From NCBI GenBank assembly GCA_951406725.2, contig OX597817.1, positions 76,880,001-76,944,000 on the forward strand: 64,000 nucleotides of DNA, written 5' to 3'. Source of the stretch: Octopus vulgaris. Taxonomy: Eukaryota. Shown piece after piece: positions 1 to 13,052 of this stretch. Below the pieces are notes generated by a model. It had not been told where the DNA came from. It saw only the letters and a program-made list of their open reading frames with translations, and searched no databases. Numbering within the stretch: position 1 is the stretch's first letter; each line of letters opens with the position of its first letter. A program made the translations under genes and the position numbers.

Positions 1-10
1 AAAACAATAA

Positions 11-252
11 GCATTTGCAAACAGGTCTCCCTTTCATCGTAAACCGGTGACTACCGTACGCCGAAGACTGGCAAATAGCTAGAAACTGCAGTCCGTGCGT
101 GTCATTTAGGTTTACGAGAGAGGGATGACCTCCCTTTGCAAATACCATAAGGGCACAGAAAGTGTGCCTAAAGCCAGCTGGAGACGATGATCTCCTGGGG
201 CTAACAGCTACAGTAACACCCACCCTTAGTGGTTAGCCACTTTGGGATGGCT
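11..252 (+). other. Putative structured RNA or repeat: rod-like hairpin (11-146) followed by three small hairpins
   Basis: gcatttgcaaa..ggtctccct..tcgtaaacc pairs with ggtttacga..aggga.gacc..tttgcaaatac. Inner stems are ggtgac/gtcatt, cgtacg/cgtgcg and gactg/cagtc. Downstream hairpins are ggcaca/tgtgcc, ggaga/tctcc and tagcca/tggcta. Confidence 0.45.
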
Positions 253-334
253 AGTATATTTTACGTTGTCGAGCAGTTACTGTTTACATCTCGTTCAGAG
301 ATTTATTATTGCTATATATATTCTGTTATTATTT

Positions 335-730
335 TACGTGTTTCAATCATTTGACTACGGCCTTGCTGGAGCATCGCCTTAAAGAGTTTTAGACGAAACC
401 AGGATTTATTCTTTGTAAGCCTAGCACTTATTCTATAAATCTTGTTTGCCAATCCACTAAGTTACGGACATGTAAACATACCAACATTTGTTATCAAGTG
501 ATGCTAGGAGACGAACGCAAACACACATACACGAATACATACATGCATACACATACACACACACATATATATATATATTTCAGTTTCTGTCTACCAAATC
601 CACTCACAAGGCTTTGGTCGACCCGAGGCTATCGTAGAAGAAACTTGCCCAAGGTGCAATGCAGTGGGACTGAACTTGGAATCTGGTGGCTGGAAGCAAG
701 CTTCTTACCACAAAACCATGCCAGCCCCTA
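335..730 (-). mobile_element. SINE family B (tRNA-like head, internal microsatellite, LINE-derived 3' tail)
   Basis: Matches copies at 10528-10950, 37455-37770, 53940-54370 and 60105-60475 (motifs cttgggcaag, ccaaagccttgtgagtggatttggtagac). Confidence 0.8.
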
Positions 731-749
731 TGTATGCATGTATGTGTAC

Positions 750-923
<174 letters not shown>

Positions 924-1134
924 AACAAGTATATTTCGGTCATTTGAGACCTTTTCACTGTAACGATTAAATAATTAAATTTAGAAAAATTAGAAGAAAA
1001 GTTTTTAAAGAATATTTCTGTAGTAGTGTTCAGATATAAAGATTCTGCCTTTCTCTGACTGTCATATATAAATATATATATATATATATCAACTCGTGTG
1101 TTCCTTTCCACCCTATACATATATATATATAAGT

Positions 1135-1430
<296 letters not shown>

Positions 1431-1695
1431 CGGCGTATAGCTCAATGATTAGAGCGTTGGGCTCACAATGTTCGATTCCCGGACAGGCTGTGTGCTGTGT
1501 TCTTGATCAAGAGACCTTATTTCATGTTGCTCCAGCACCGTCACTGGTGCTATGCTGCATCGGCCTTTGCCTTTCGCTTGAATAACATTGGTGGCGTGGA
1601 GGCGCGATGAGGGTATGCATGGGTGACCGTTGGTCTCCCTTATATAACTTTGCCCGGATTTGTGTCCTAGAGGGCATTCATGACAGAAGTCATTT
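1431..1695 (+). mobile_element. tRNA-derived CORE-type SINE (diverged)
   Basis: A-box-like tagctcaatgattagagc and B-box gttcgattccc. The body matches 39108-39425 and 58583-58898. Confidence 0.8.
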
Positions 1696-2659
1696 ATGTA
1701 TATCTAAAAGTTATGGCTGGTCATAGAATGACCATTGGATTCGCTCCTATGAAGCGCTTAGCTTTGTATATGTACTACTGACGATATATGACGATACACA
1801 CACATATATATAATTACATACATACATACATACGTACATATATATATATATACATATATACATATGTATATATACACATACATATATAATATATATAGAA
1901 GTATATGTGTGTGCGTATGTGTGTGTATGTAAGTATGTATGTATCTATCTAAATGTATGATAATTTATTTCGCAATGGTAGGGCTCTGTTGAGAAAATTA
2001 AGCTTCGAGAAATGTGCAATTTTGTCATATGATCAACAAATTAATGGTGCATTGCTCTTTCTCCGGAATAAATTTACACTACAAAAAATTAATTTAATAT
2101 ATATAAAGACATGGTTTGCAATGTTTAAATTTCGAATTTATTATAAAATTTAAATACTTAAAAAAAAAATAGATTAATTTCTAGTAACTTCAGTTATGTC
2201 ATTTTTACTGGGGTTTTTTTTTCAAAGCTTTATTTTAAGTAATTTTCCAAACATTAGTAGCACCTAAACGAGAACAAATAAATTATAAACCTGCGTACAG
2301 GCAATAGGAAAATTAGCTTATCAAATTTATAGAAATACGACAAAAAAAATACCTGGTAGTCGTGAAGTTAATAGCATTTGTGGAATTGAATTTAACATTG
2401 GTAAACAACTAGTTAAAAAATTATTTAAATAGAATTAAAGTCTGAAAGGTAGATTGTTAACGTTATTAAACAGACTTTAAAAATATATGGAAGTGTATAA
2501 ATGCATTAGAAGTGCAGAATAAAGAGTAGGTATATTCTAAAGAGGGAACTAACATATTCATTACACACACACATACACACACACATACACACATACACAC
2601 TCATACACACACGCGCGCATAAACATACACACACACACACAAACAGACATATATATATA

Positions 2660-2831
2660 CAGGGTGAGCAAAACGTCACGTGCAAAATAAGTTTAATGCA
2701 CTCCCGAAGTGTGAAAGACATGTTTCAGCTTTTTTAAAATTGAATAAAATAGCTAAAATAATAATGAATACATACGTACTTGTACATAATGAACCCAATG
2801 AATAATAACAATAACAATAACAATAATAAGA

Positions 2832-2866
<35 letters not shown>

Positions 2867-2932
2867 CAACAATAATAACATAATATAAATAAAATGTGGA
2901 GTGTTCTGGTGTGTGACTTTTGGTTCACCCCA
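2660..2932. mobile_element. Tc1/mariner-type MITE (diverged TIRs)
   Basis: cagggtgagcaaaacgtcac versus rc tggggtgaaccaaaagtcac; TA on both flanks. Confidence 0.6.
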
Positions 2933-2994
2933 TATATATGTGTGCGTCTGTGTATGTGGGTAGAAGGTTGAAAAGGAACACACGAGTTGATATT

Positions 2995-3218
2995 TATAAG
3001 CAAAATAAGAAAATGTAGAAAATGCTAAAATAATTTTATCATAAAGAACATTCTAGTACCGGTTTCAGTCTTTGCAACTTTTTCTACTGAGAGTAAAGCA
3101 TGAAAAACAATTATATTGTGGAAAAAATGATGAAATTTAAAAATATATATTTCCATAATTTTCTTCCCTCTGTCTGACAATTTTTACTCTTGTGAAGGTA
3201 GTAGGTAGTAGGAAGTAG

Positions 3219-3274
<56 letters not shown>

Positions 3275-4021
3275 CATAAAAGAATATTTGACATGAGTTC
3301 TTGGTTTAAGCATTGTTTAAGCAGCAGTAGCCTAGGAAGAAGAAGAAGAAGAAGAAGGAGGAGGAGGAGGATGAGGAGGAGAAGGAGGAGGACGAGGAAA
3401 AGAAGAGAAACAATAAGAAAATTCCGGGAGTGGTATGACAATTGTAGGATGTTGGTGGTATCCTCTTAAATGGTCAAGTGACCTAAAAATTACCTATTTC
3501 AGTTGCAATAGTAGTGATTGGAATTGTTCTGAATAAATTCATGGGTAGTGACTGTTCTGAATATATCGCTAATATTTGGGTGGGTATTATTCTAAGGCCT
3601 TTGTAATAGTGTTATTTGTGGTGGACGCATTCAAAAGGGGTTTATATTTTGTGATAGAATTTGACCCTTTCCTTATGCGCTGACTACAGATTTCATCGTC
3701 TTCTTCCTCAGCTACTGATGCTTAATGCTTAAACCAAAAACTCGCGTCAAATATTCTTTTACCACTACTACTACTACTGCCTACTACCTACTACCTTCAC
3801 AAGAGTAAAAAGTGTCAGACAGAGAGAAGAAAGGAAAATGTCCCTTGTACTTGAAAACTATGGAAATATCTAAATTTAAAGAATTTTGTTTAATTTTTCC
3901 ACAATTTAATTGTTTTTCAGTCTCTACTCTAAGTTGGAAAAGTCGCAATGACTGAAACCAGTACTAAAATGTTTATCATGATAAAATTATTTTAGCATTT
4001 TCTACCTTGTCTTATTTTCCT

Positions 4022-4025
<4 letters not shown>
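2995..4025. repeat. Long diverged inverted repeat (arms about 2995-3345 and 3699-4025), probably PLE-derived
   Basis: The arms are reverse complements, e.g. tagaaaatgctaaaataattttatcat versus atgataaaattattttagcattttcta. Each arm carries a vestigial hammerhead half, AGT(C/T)GCAA(T/A)GACTGAAACC(A/G)GTA. Confidence 0.85.
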
Positions 4026-4063
<38 letters not shown>

Positions 4064-4074
4064 TAGATAGATAC

Positions 4075-4133
<59 letters not shown>

Positions 4134-4230
4134 TATATACATACATTTATATATATATATATTCATACATACATACATAAATACATGTACGTTTGTATGT
4201 ATGTATGTATATGTGTGTATATGTATGTGA

Positions 4231-4305
<75 letters not shown>

Positions 4306-4307
<2 letters not shown>

Positions 4308-4708
4308 TGAATAAAAAAAATGGAGTTAACGCAGGTGTAATCAAATATTTTTACTTTCGACACATGTTTCGAAAATTCCAATGATGGATCATTTTTTGCT
4401 AAAATGTCTCATTGACGAGTTTCGTCTTTCTCACTTTCCTGAGGGAAGATTGCATTGTTTATACCATTTATTTCTTTGAATAGTATCAATGGAATTTTCG
4501 AAACATGTGTCGAAAGTAAAAATATTTGATTACACCTGCGTTAACTCTATTTTTTTATTCATATTATTCAAAATATTCAACGTAAACACGAAGTTTTTAC
4601 CTTTATAAACAAGGAATTACAACACCTTTACTTGTGAGATTTTTGCTGCCCTGGTAACTATTTATTTATTTTCCGTGTTAATTGTTAACAAGGTAAAATA
4701 CACTCATC

Positions 4709-4710
<2 letters not shown>
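4306..4710 (+). mobile_element. PLE-like 3' terminus with inverted partial copy (arms 4306-4385 and 4485-4563)
   Basis: Near-perfect arms of about 80 bp containing a hammerhead-like motif, flanked by (TA)n. Confidence 0.7.
4433..4517 (+). ncRNA. Type I hammerhead ribozyme-like motif (one core deviation)
   Basis: ACTTTC-CTGAGGG-AAGATTGCATTG...CAATGGAATTTTC-GAAA-CATGTG-TC-GAAAGT. It has a 6-bp stem I, a long stem II and a short stem III. Confidence 0.65.
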
Positions 4711-4754
<44 letters not shown>

Positions 4755-5306
4755 CATACATATATACATGCTTACATACATATACACACATACACGTGTA
4801 AACATTAATGCATGTAGATCTATACATACGCACACATGTTTCATGGGAAAATATATTGAATATTTCTTTTACATGGAATAACTTCCTAATGACCTGATCT
4901 TCGAAACTATAAAGTAATTTTTAACGGTCATCAGCGTAAAATTTACTCATTATAAAACATACTGTTTATGGGAATGAACTAAAGTAAGAGTGCATCTTTA
5001 AAGAACAAATAACTAAAGAAGTATTTTATAGTAATTAGTACAAATGAGGTAAGTGTCAAAGTGGGAAAAAATTAGTATAGAAAAGAAAATCAAGACAAAT
5101 AATACAGAAGAGGAAATGTTGTTAGTGTTGATTATTGTCTAGATTAAAGGTAAGGAAAAAGAATGATGTAACGAGTTTGAGATATGAAATAAATTTATGA
5201 TAAATATAATTGAGAAGGTAAGTAAAACTAAACTTTAAGGGAGAATTTGGGAAGTCAAATGAGGGGTAAGAATGGAGATAGAAACATTGTAAATAAATAA
5301 GTAATA

Positions 5307-5518
5307 AGAGTGGTTGTATACTGTCAACTTAAAGTGACAGTCTTGTAAGGGAATTACCCCACCGCTGTTTAACCCTAGGAAGCATCGACGCTTCCTGTCG
5401 GCCTTGACAGGAAATGTGTCATGGCCGACAGGAAGCGTCGATGCTTCCTAGGGCTAAACAGCGGTGAGTAATTCCCTTACAGGACTGTCACGTTAAGTTG
5501 ACAGTATACAACCACTCT
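5307..5518. repeat. Near-perfect 212-bp palindrome (arms about 103 bp, 7-nt loop ggaaatg)
   Basis: agagtggttgtatactgtcaacttaa...ggccttgaca pairs with tgtcatggcc...ttaagttgacagtatacaaccactct. Confidence 0.92.
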
Positions 5519-5919
5519 ATCGCTCCACCACCGTACATATCTCTATGAGATATTTAGAAATTATATTTCTCAATAAGTAGTAAGTTTCTGAGTTAAGTAA
5601 GAGAATGAAGGGAACAATAATGTTAAGAGAAAGAAGGTATGAGGTAGATAATGTGTTTGAAGATGTAGAGAGAAAGCGCTGGCAGGTTAGGGTTGAAGGT
5701 TAAGAAAAACATGGAGGAAAATAAAAACGGGAAAAGTAAGTGGGTTCAAGAGGTGAAAAGATGGAAATGAAAAGACAGAACGATTGCTAGAAAGCTGAAT
5801 GAAGTAAAATCTTGGTAAAGAACCTTACAAAACTGTAATAATATTAATCTAATAAAACAAAATCTGAAGAGATCTGGGAATAGTTGATGAAAAGTTAATA
5901 GGGACAAAAAATTTTAAAG

Positions 5920-6010
5920 CAGTGGTTTTCAACCGGGGTCTATATGGCTCTTGAGGGTCCATATAAGATTTCTGGGGGTCCATGTAATAAAATAGTAAAT
6001 AAAATAGTAA
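5920..6010 (+). mobile_element. hAT-like (Charlie-type) terminal fragment
   Basis: Begins cagtggttttcaaccggggt, which resembles hAT termini. No partner end was seen. Confidence 0.35.
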
Positions 6011-6014
6011 ATAT

Positions 6015-6425
6015 TGTTATATTTCGGAATAGTCATTTTGCCAGTTTAGCTAAAAACACACGCACTAAATATTTGGTGTTATTTTGCTTCAGTGTTATTT
6101 ATTTTTTACATTAATTTTAATCTTATTTCGGCCAGAGTTTTTTCGTCACACCCTGTGACCGCATCAGTGGTCCTTTGTTTTCTTCTTTCATATTTGTGTC
6201 TCTCCTTACTAACCGCCAGCCATGTTGTATTTCTATTGTATGTCTTCATGTGCGCATGCTTATATCTCTATGTGCGTCTATGTTTAGTTAGTGTGTGGGG
6301 GGATGCCTGTAATATTTGTTTCTTCTGTTTATATACGTTCGTGTAATTTGTTTTTGTTGTTGTTGTTTTGTTTATTCTTATTTTGTTCATGTGTTTACAT
6401 TCACTTATTATTATTATTATCATTA
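6015..6425 (-). mobile_element. Non-autonomous hammerhead-bearing repeat (retrozyme/PLE-derived), copy 1
   Basis: About 400 bp highly similar, in the opposite orientation, to 38515-38920. Non-coding. Confidence 0.75.
6130..6173 (-). ncRNA. Type I hammerhead-like motif, variant core
   Basis: rc: GGACCA-CTGATGCG-GTCAC-AGGGT-GTGAC-GAAA-AAAC-TC-TGGCC. Confidence 0.6.
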
Positions 6426-6881
6426 CGCATGCTTGTATGTATGTATAACAACAATACTAGTAATAATAATAATAATAATAATAAATTTTAAAAAATCTTT
6501 TAAATTAACAAAAAAAAACTTATATAGTTATTTATTTCTATTTGTTTATTTATCTGTGTATTTTATTTATTATGTTTTCGGTTTTATTTATAAAACTGAA
6601 AACTTTAACATGGTGTATAATAAGGAGGTATTATAGTTGCGTTATTATAGTAGCGTTATTAAGATAGATGATAAAATGTAGTTGTCATAGATGATAAAAA
6701 TAACAAACACGTGTTTTGTGTAAGAATTGAACAAACGTTTCGAGTAGAGTCACTGTTGTAAAAACGGAAGATTGGAGAGATGCTCATATCTAGTTGTGTA
6801 TGTGGGTGTATGTGTGTGTGTGTGTATGTGTGCACACACACATATAAATATGTACACACACACACACACATGTATATTTTT

Positions 6882-6918
<37 letters not shown>

Positions 6919-6948
6919 CACGAATGTATATATACATATAGGCACACA

Positions 6949-6984
<36 letters not shown>

Positions 6985-7250
6985 TATACATATTAGAGGG
7001 AAACCACTATGTGGACACCCTTATGCTAGAAATAGATCTGCTATGGTCTTACCACTAAAAAATGTTCTCAACAAAAATTTAGCAAAACAACCAAAACGTA
7101 ATCGAGCAAGACAGAAGAAAAAGCAATAAAAATAGGTATTATTCGCATACATGTTTCACTATTACCATATTACGTAAGTTTACTTACATAAATTTAAATT
7201 TATATATAAATATATATATATATAATGTGTGTGTGTGTGTGCGCGCGCGC

Positions 7251-7289
<39 letters not shown>

Positions 7290-7892
7290 CAGACATCTCA
7301 AAAGAAAATAAGAGCATCATTTTTGAAAGATTCATTTCTAGAAATAAAACAATGTAATTTGACGCATTTTAATACTTAATCTAGTATTAAGTAAACACGT
7401 CAAATACGTTTGTTGGTGCAGAAGCATGTGCTTTTGTGTGTGTGCGTCTGTGTTCCTGTGTATGTATGTCTATGTACGTACGTGTATGTTTTTGTGTGTA
7501 AATGAAGACAAAAATAACCCACAAAAACAAAAGACATAAATAATTTATTTTAATTCTTCCTAACAGTATTTTACATTCACGTATATTATTCAAATACTAA
7601 AATTCTACGCCACTTGTCTAAAGTATTTACGACTCAGTAATTCTACACTTATTATTAAGAACCAAGCTTGATATTCACGTACATATTTTTCCGTGTTGTT
7701 CCTTATTATAATGACTATAATTCGTTATATCATCACGCCCCGGTAAGTATTCTACATCGTAATTTACTTGACAAATAGATGTTAAGTGATATGAAAAAGG
7801 CCATTGCACTCGAAAATAACAGCATTTAATTTGTGGCATCGTCACTTTGGGCTTTGAATACTGGTTTAGCTATAACTTAAAATTTAATCTGT

Positions 7893-7976
<84 letters not shown>

Positions 7977-8281
7977 ATATATATGTTTGTTTTCATTTGG
8001 TTTATTGTATGTCTCCACTGTGCTGTTTTCTTTTGTTACTAGCTTTTACCCTCCGAAAAATCCCAAATTTTATTTTGGTTCGCGTGAGCCTCATACTGTC
8101 GTTAATTGCTCGAAAATGGAGTAGATGAACAGCCGACGACTGATGATGGGTCGTTCTTTATGTTACTTGTCTTGTTTTCTATTTGTTTCTCTTGTTGTTC
8201 GCATACCCAACTTTGTCTCGTATTTCATGTTGTTCACGTTTTGTGACGCCCTGCACCCATATATGCATACACATACATACA

Positions 8282-8316
<35 letters not shown>

Positions 8317-8455
8317 CGTACATTTAAACACCTAAGGGATCCACTTATAGGATTCAACATGCTAGAAAGAACAGCTAGGTTCTATAACCACAAAATTAGG
8401 GATAAAATCCCGACAGGAACGAAATGAAAAAATAAAAACTTTAACCATCTAGTTT

Positions 8456-8528
8456 CCTGGACCAATTGGTTTCTTATTTTAGTTTAGCAAATAAATAATA
8501 TTCGCTAGGCGAAATTTTCGTCAGCTGG
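8456..8528 (-). ncRNA. Type I hammerhead ribozyme motif
   Basis: rc: CCAG-CTGACGA-[stem II including TAGCGAATA/TATTTGCTA]-GAAA-CCAATTGG-TC-CAGG. The core is intact, stem III is palindromic and stem I has one mismatch. Confidence 0.65.
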
Positions 8529-8989
8529 TACACCTTAGATTAAATATATAAAACACGAGGCAATCAACTATGTGCCTCTTGTTTATACATCCTAATGTTT
8601 TCAAAATCTACTGCGCAGACGCAGCCCCTCGTCGGCAATAAAAAGATGCCAACTTTTAAAATCGAAAATTATCCAAAAACTTGCAATACTTAAATGCTTG
8701 TATGTACGTACATACACACACACACCCACACATATATATATACATAATAAGTCTATGTACGTATGCACATATGTACTTATGTATGTATGCATGTACACAT
8801 GTACACATACGGCGCATGCACATATACAAACGCCCACAAACTATTAGTATATATATTACTATGATTCAGGTATTAAGATGTAAGACAGTTTGAATATAAG
8901 CATACTCTTATAATCATTAAAATTTATTTAAATCTGAAATTATACATTCAAATTATCTATTAATTACTATAATGTAAATATCTAAAATT

Positions 8990-9981
8990 TAGTAGACATG
9001 CCCTTTGCATTTTTCAGTGCAAGGATCCTATAGAGCACGTTACTGATCAGATGATGAATATTCTCTTGGGGAATTTCTTTCCAAGTTTCATGCAATAACC
9101 TCAAAAAAAAAAATGACTTTGAGGATGCTTTCTTGTTCTTTTCATGAAGCCTTATATCCATTATGCCCCAGAAGTGTTCAATAGGTTTTACATCTGGTGA
9201 CTGGCTTGGCTACGGAAGTTTTTAATGCCATTATTTTCCAACTAATCTTCATTCTATTTAGCTGTGTGAAAGGAATCCCATAAAGCATGTTCTTTAATAA
9301 TTTCACCATTGAAGAAGATTGGTAGGAGTCCTTTCTGCAATATGGACACATATTTATCTGAATTTATGTTTCCACCACACTCCACCAGCTCTGATGACCC
9401 TTGTTCCAAATTAATCCCCAGACCATCACAGAATAGCAGCCTTGTTTTATTGTTGGCAGCAATCTTTTCACATCAAGTTCTTGATCATAGGGTCTCCGAA
9501 TCCACACTCGACCACTGTCAGAAGCTACAACAAATATGGACTCATCAGAAAATATGATAGTGTCCCAAAATGATGGCGGCCACTTCATCATTTCACTTGC
9601 CCAATCATTTTCCCTCTTGATATTGGCTGGTAGAAGTGACTTGCTGCTCTGCTATATTAGCTAAGTTCGTGGAGATTCCTGACAGCTGTTCTGGGACTGA
9701 CATCAACTTGTCCTGCTATGTCAGAGGCCTTGCAATGAGGATTATCCTCCACACTTCACTTAAAAACGCAGAATCCTGTCAGAGGGCCTTGGTCAACCTG
9801 GGCAAGACGATGTGGACTCCTTCCCCTCTCTAGTGAAATGTACGTTCACCCTATTAACTGTAGAAAGCGAGATCCCAAGGTTTTCTGCGATTTTACGCTG
9901 ACTGAGTCGACCTTCAGATTAACACACAATACGACCACTTTGAAATTTGACGGTTCCAAAAGCTTCTTTTGTACGTGACAT
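8990..9981 (-). pseudogene. Tc1-family transposase pseudogene
   Basis: Minus-strand motifs: [24 protein letters not shown] (HTH), IIFSDES, VMVWG and PSQSPDVKPIEHFW. Stops and frameshifts are present. Confidence 0.85.
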
Positions 9982-10130
9982 GATTAAACAGTCACATATT
10001 GAACCTGAAATATAAAAATGTCCATTAAGAAAAAATATAAACCTTTTCAAGTTAAAATAAACATAAAACAATGTTTTATGTGGTGTCTATGCTTCTCTCA
10101 TGTCTGTGTATATCCATATGTATACATATA

Positions 10131-10500
10131 TTGTTTTCCTTTACTTGTTTCAGTTCAACACCTGCGGCCATGCTTGGGCAACACCGTTTGCTTTACTACA
10201 CTTTCACTAAACCTCTTTTATGTGGAATTCGGTGGAGGATGGAGGTTCATGTTACTGCTCACACTGGAACTCTTGGTGTAGCTGTTGATGGGAAGAGATC
10301 CAGTTTTGTTTTGAAGACGCCTACATCCACACCATGTAGGTCTCACAGGCTTCATTGGAGGATATTGAAGAGCTGTGAGTCGTTGAAACCTAGGCTGTTG
10401 TAGTATCTGGTCTTGTATCATGATAGCAATATTGGGATCGTTGGTACTATGCAGTGGCGCTCCATTCTACTGTTTGTGTAACTTACAATCTCAAAGTTTG
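10131..10500 (-). mobile_element. 3' fragment of CR1-group LINE related to 39454-42437
   Basis: ggatattgaagagctgtg and acaccatg..ggtc are shared with 39660-39830. The 3' tail gcggccatgct is also shared. Confidence 0.75.
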
Positions 10501-10527
10501 TCACAAGTTCTTCCAGTTCGGTACAAG

Positions 10528-10689
10528 TTCTGGTGTGGTTGTGTGGTGAGAAGCATGCTTCCCAACCACATGGTTCTAGATTCAGTCCCCGTGCGTAGCA
10601 CCTTGGGCAAGTGTTTTTACAATGGCCTCGGGTCGAACAAAGCCTTGTGAGAGAATTTGGTAGATGGAAATTGAAATATACTCGTCGTG

Positions 10690-10736
<47 letters not shown>

Positions 10737-10950
10737 CTGTGTGTTTGTGTGTGCATGTGTGTATGTTTGTTTGTATCTATGTTTGTCCCCATCCACCGCT
10801 CGAGAAATGGTGTTCCTCTGTTTCCGTCACCGTAACTTAGTGGTTTGGCAAAAGAGTTCAATAGAATAAGTACCGGGCTTAAAAAGAAGTACTAAAACTT
10901 CTACTAGGCAGTGCTCTAGCATGGCCATAATATAATGACTGAAAGATGTA
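10528..10950 (+). mobile_element. SINE family B
   Basis: Head gtggttgtgtggtgagaagc...gattcagtccc; tail ggcagtgctctagcatggcc...gactgaaa. Confidence 0.8.
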
Positions 10951-11114
10951 ATGAAAATAACAGATAAAAGCTACACACACATATACCACATGTTGATACA
11001 AACATACTTCACGCATACTTGATTATTTTTATAATTAAACTTATAACTCTACGAATTTTATATAAGCAACATTCGAGGACTGAATCTGCATCTTTGGATA
11101 CTTCAGAAAAACGT

Positions 11115-11168
<54 letters not shown>

Positions 11169-12611
11169 CTTTACTTGTTTCAGTTCAACACCTGCGGCCA
11201 TGCTTGTGTGTGTGTGCATGCGTGTATATATATATATATATATATATATATGAATTTATACCTCACTGCTGTTCATGTGTACATATGAACAGCAGGGTGA
11301 CGTAAAATTTGCGTATACTTATAACTTGTTTTTGACACCTGTTTCAATGGAATAAAATCAGCTTCATTTAAATAATTAACCTACATAATTAATTAATTTA
11401 TGATGGGCCACTCCACTCATTAGGAAATAGAGATGAAACAATAGGATATTGCATACGTGGAGAGCGCATGCGTGCATCTGTATGTATCGGCGTGCATTTC
11501 TACCTTCACGAAATGTTTAGTTAACCAACATAGTATTAAGCTCTTTGTACGTTGTATCAATGTTGTAACATATAGGATGCGAGTGCACTCTGTTACCTAT
11601 GCTGGGTGACAAAGATGTGGGAGGTTAACAAAGCGTACGATCGATCACGCATTTTTTGCAGAGAAAAACGAGAAAATTGTATGTTAGACGTTTAGTGCAG
11701 ATGGCCAACACTTGCTAAAAGACTGTGACGATATTGTGTGCAGATTTCTATAAAACTCAAGTGCGTCGTCATAATCAAATCTAACTTGCTTAAACAGAGT
11801 ACGATATATATTAACGAAAATGTATTGAACAGAAAGAAAAACTTTATGAACGTGTGTATTTGAAAAGAGAGAGAGAGCGCAGGGAAGAGGGAGAAAAGGG
11901 TGGAAGAAAATGGATGTATATTTTGCTGCTAGGCTCAAAAATACTGATTTTATACATAAATGTTTCTAATTTGTATTCAGAACAGTATTTCATAAGTTAT
12001 AAAGTACATAACTGAAATCATTTCATTGGTTGACAAGGTTTCATTTTGCCTATCGCTGTTATGTCTTCTTGTACTGTTGTGTTGTGACATTATACATTAC
12101 AGTATTAATTTTTGATTACACAACTAACTCGAAAGATCAACTAACGCTCATATGACAAACATGTAACAAAGCATGCACTTAAGAGAACATCTACGACGAC
12201 GTGTACGTTCAAGATTTAAAAGTATTCTTCTTCAAAGTACTGCTATAGTTTTGATTTCGGGAAAGTGAGATAGATTAATAAATGAATAAATAACAAATAA
12301 CTATACAAATGTAGAAATCAATGACAAAATATGAATATTTGTTATAAATAATAATGAAAGTGTTTGGCGAAACATGCATATATGTATGAGTAGTGTGTAT
12401 CTATGCAAATACATATATGAATGTAAATATATGTATAGATGTATGTGTACATGTACTTACGTGTGTATATGTAATGATGGTTTTCATAACCTGTGGCGGA
12501 GAAATGATTTTGGAACTAAACCTCTTCTGTTCAACTCACATTTCAAACAGAAAAAAATATGCATGGTAAACACACAGAGGCACACACAGTCACACATTTA
12601 TATACATACAT

Positions 12612-12658
<47 letters not shown>

Positions 12659-12832
12659 AACACACACACAAATACATAAATATAAGTATATATACATATA
12701 TATACATATATATATATATATACACACATACAAGTAAAGATGCATATTTATAAACATATATATATATTTGTATATGTATATACATGCACACATCTAACAA
12801 AAGCCACACTATTTACACTAACAATAATCATG

Positions 12833-12898
<66 letters not shown>

Positions 12899-12914
12899 GT
12901 AGTAGTAGTAGTAC

Positions 12915-12946
<32 letters not shown>

Positions 12947-12951
12947 ATATC

Positions 12952-13012
<61 letters not shown>

Positions 13013-13052
13013 TAAAAATAACAACAACAACAACAATTATAATAACAACAAC
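12833..13052. repeat. (TAA)n/(TAG)n/(CAA)n compound microsatellite
   Basis: Direct reading. Confidence 0.97.

Noticed and set aside
11162-11205. Exact 44-bp duplicate of 10131-10175
   Set aside because: A fragment of the common LINE/SINE tail within microsatellite, possibly an assembly echo.
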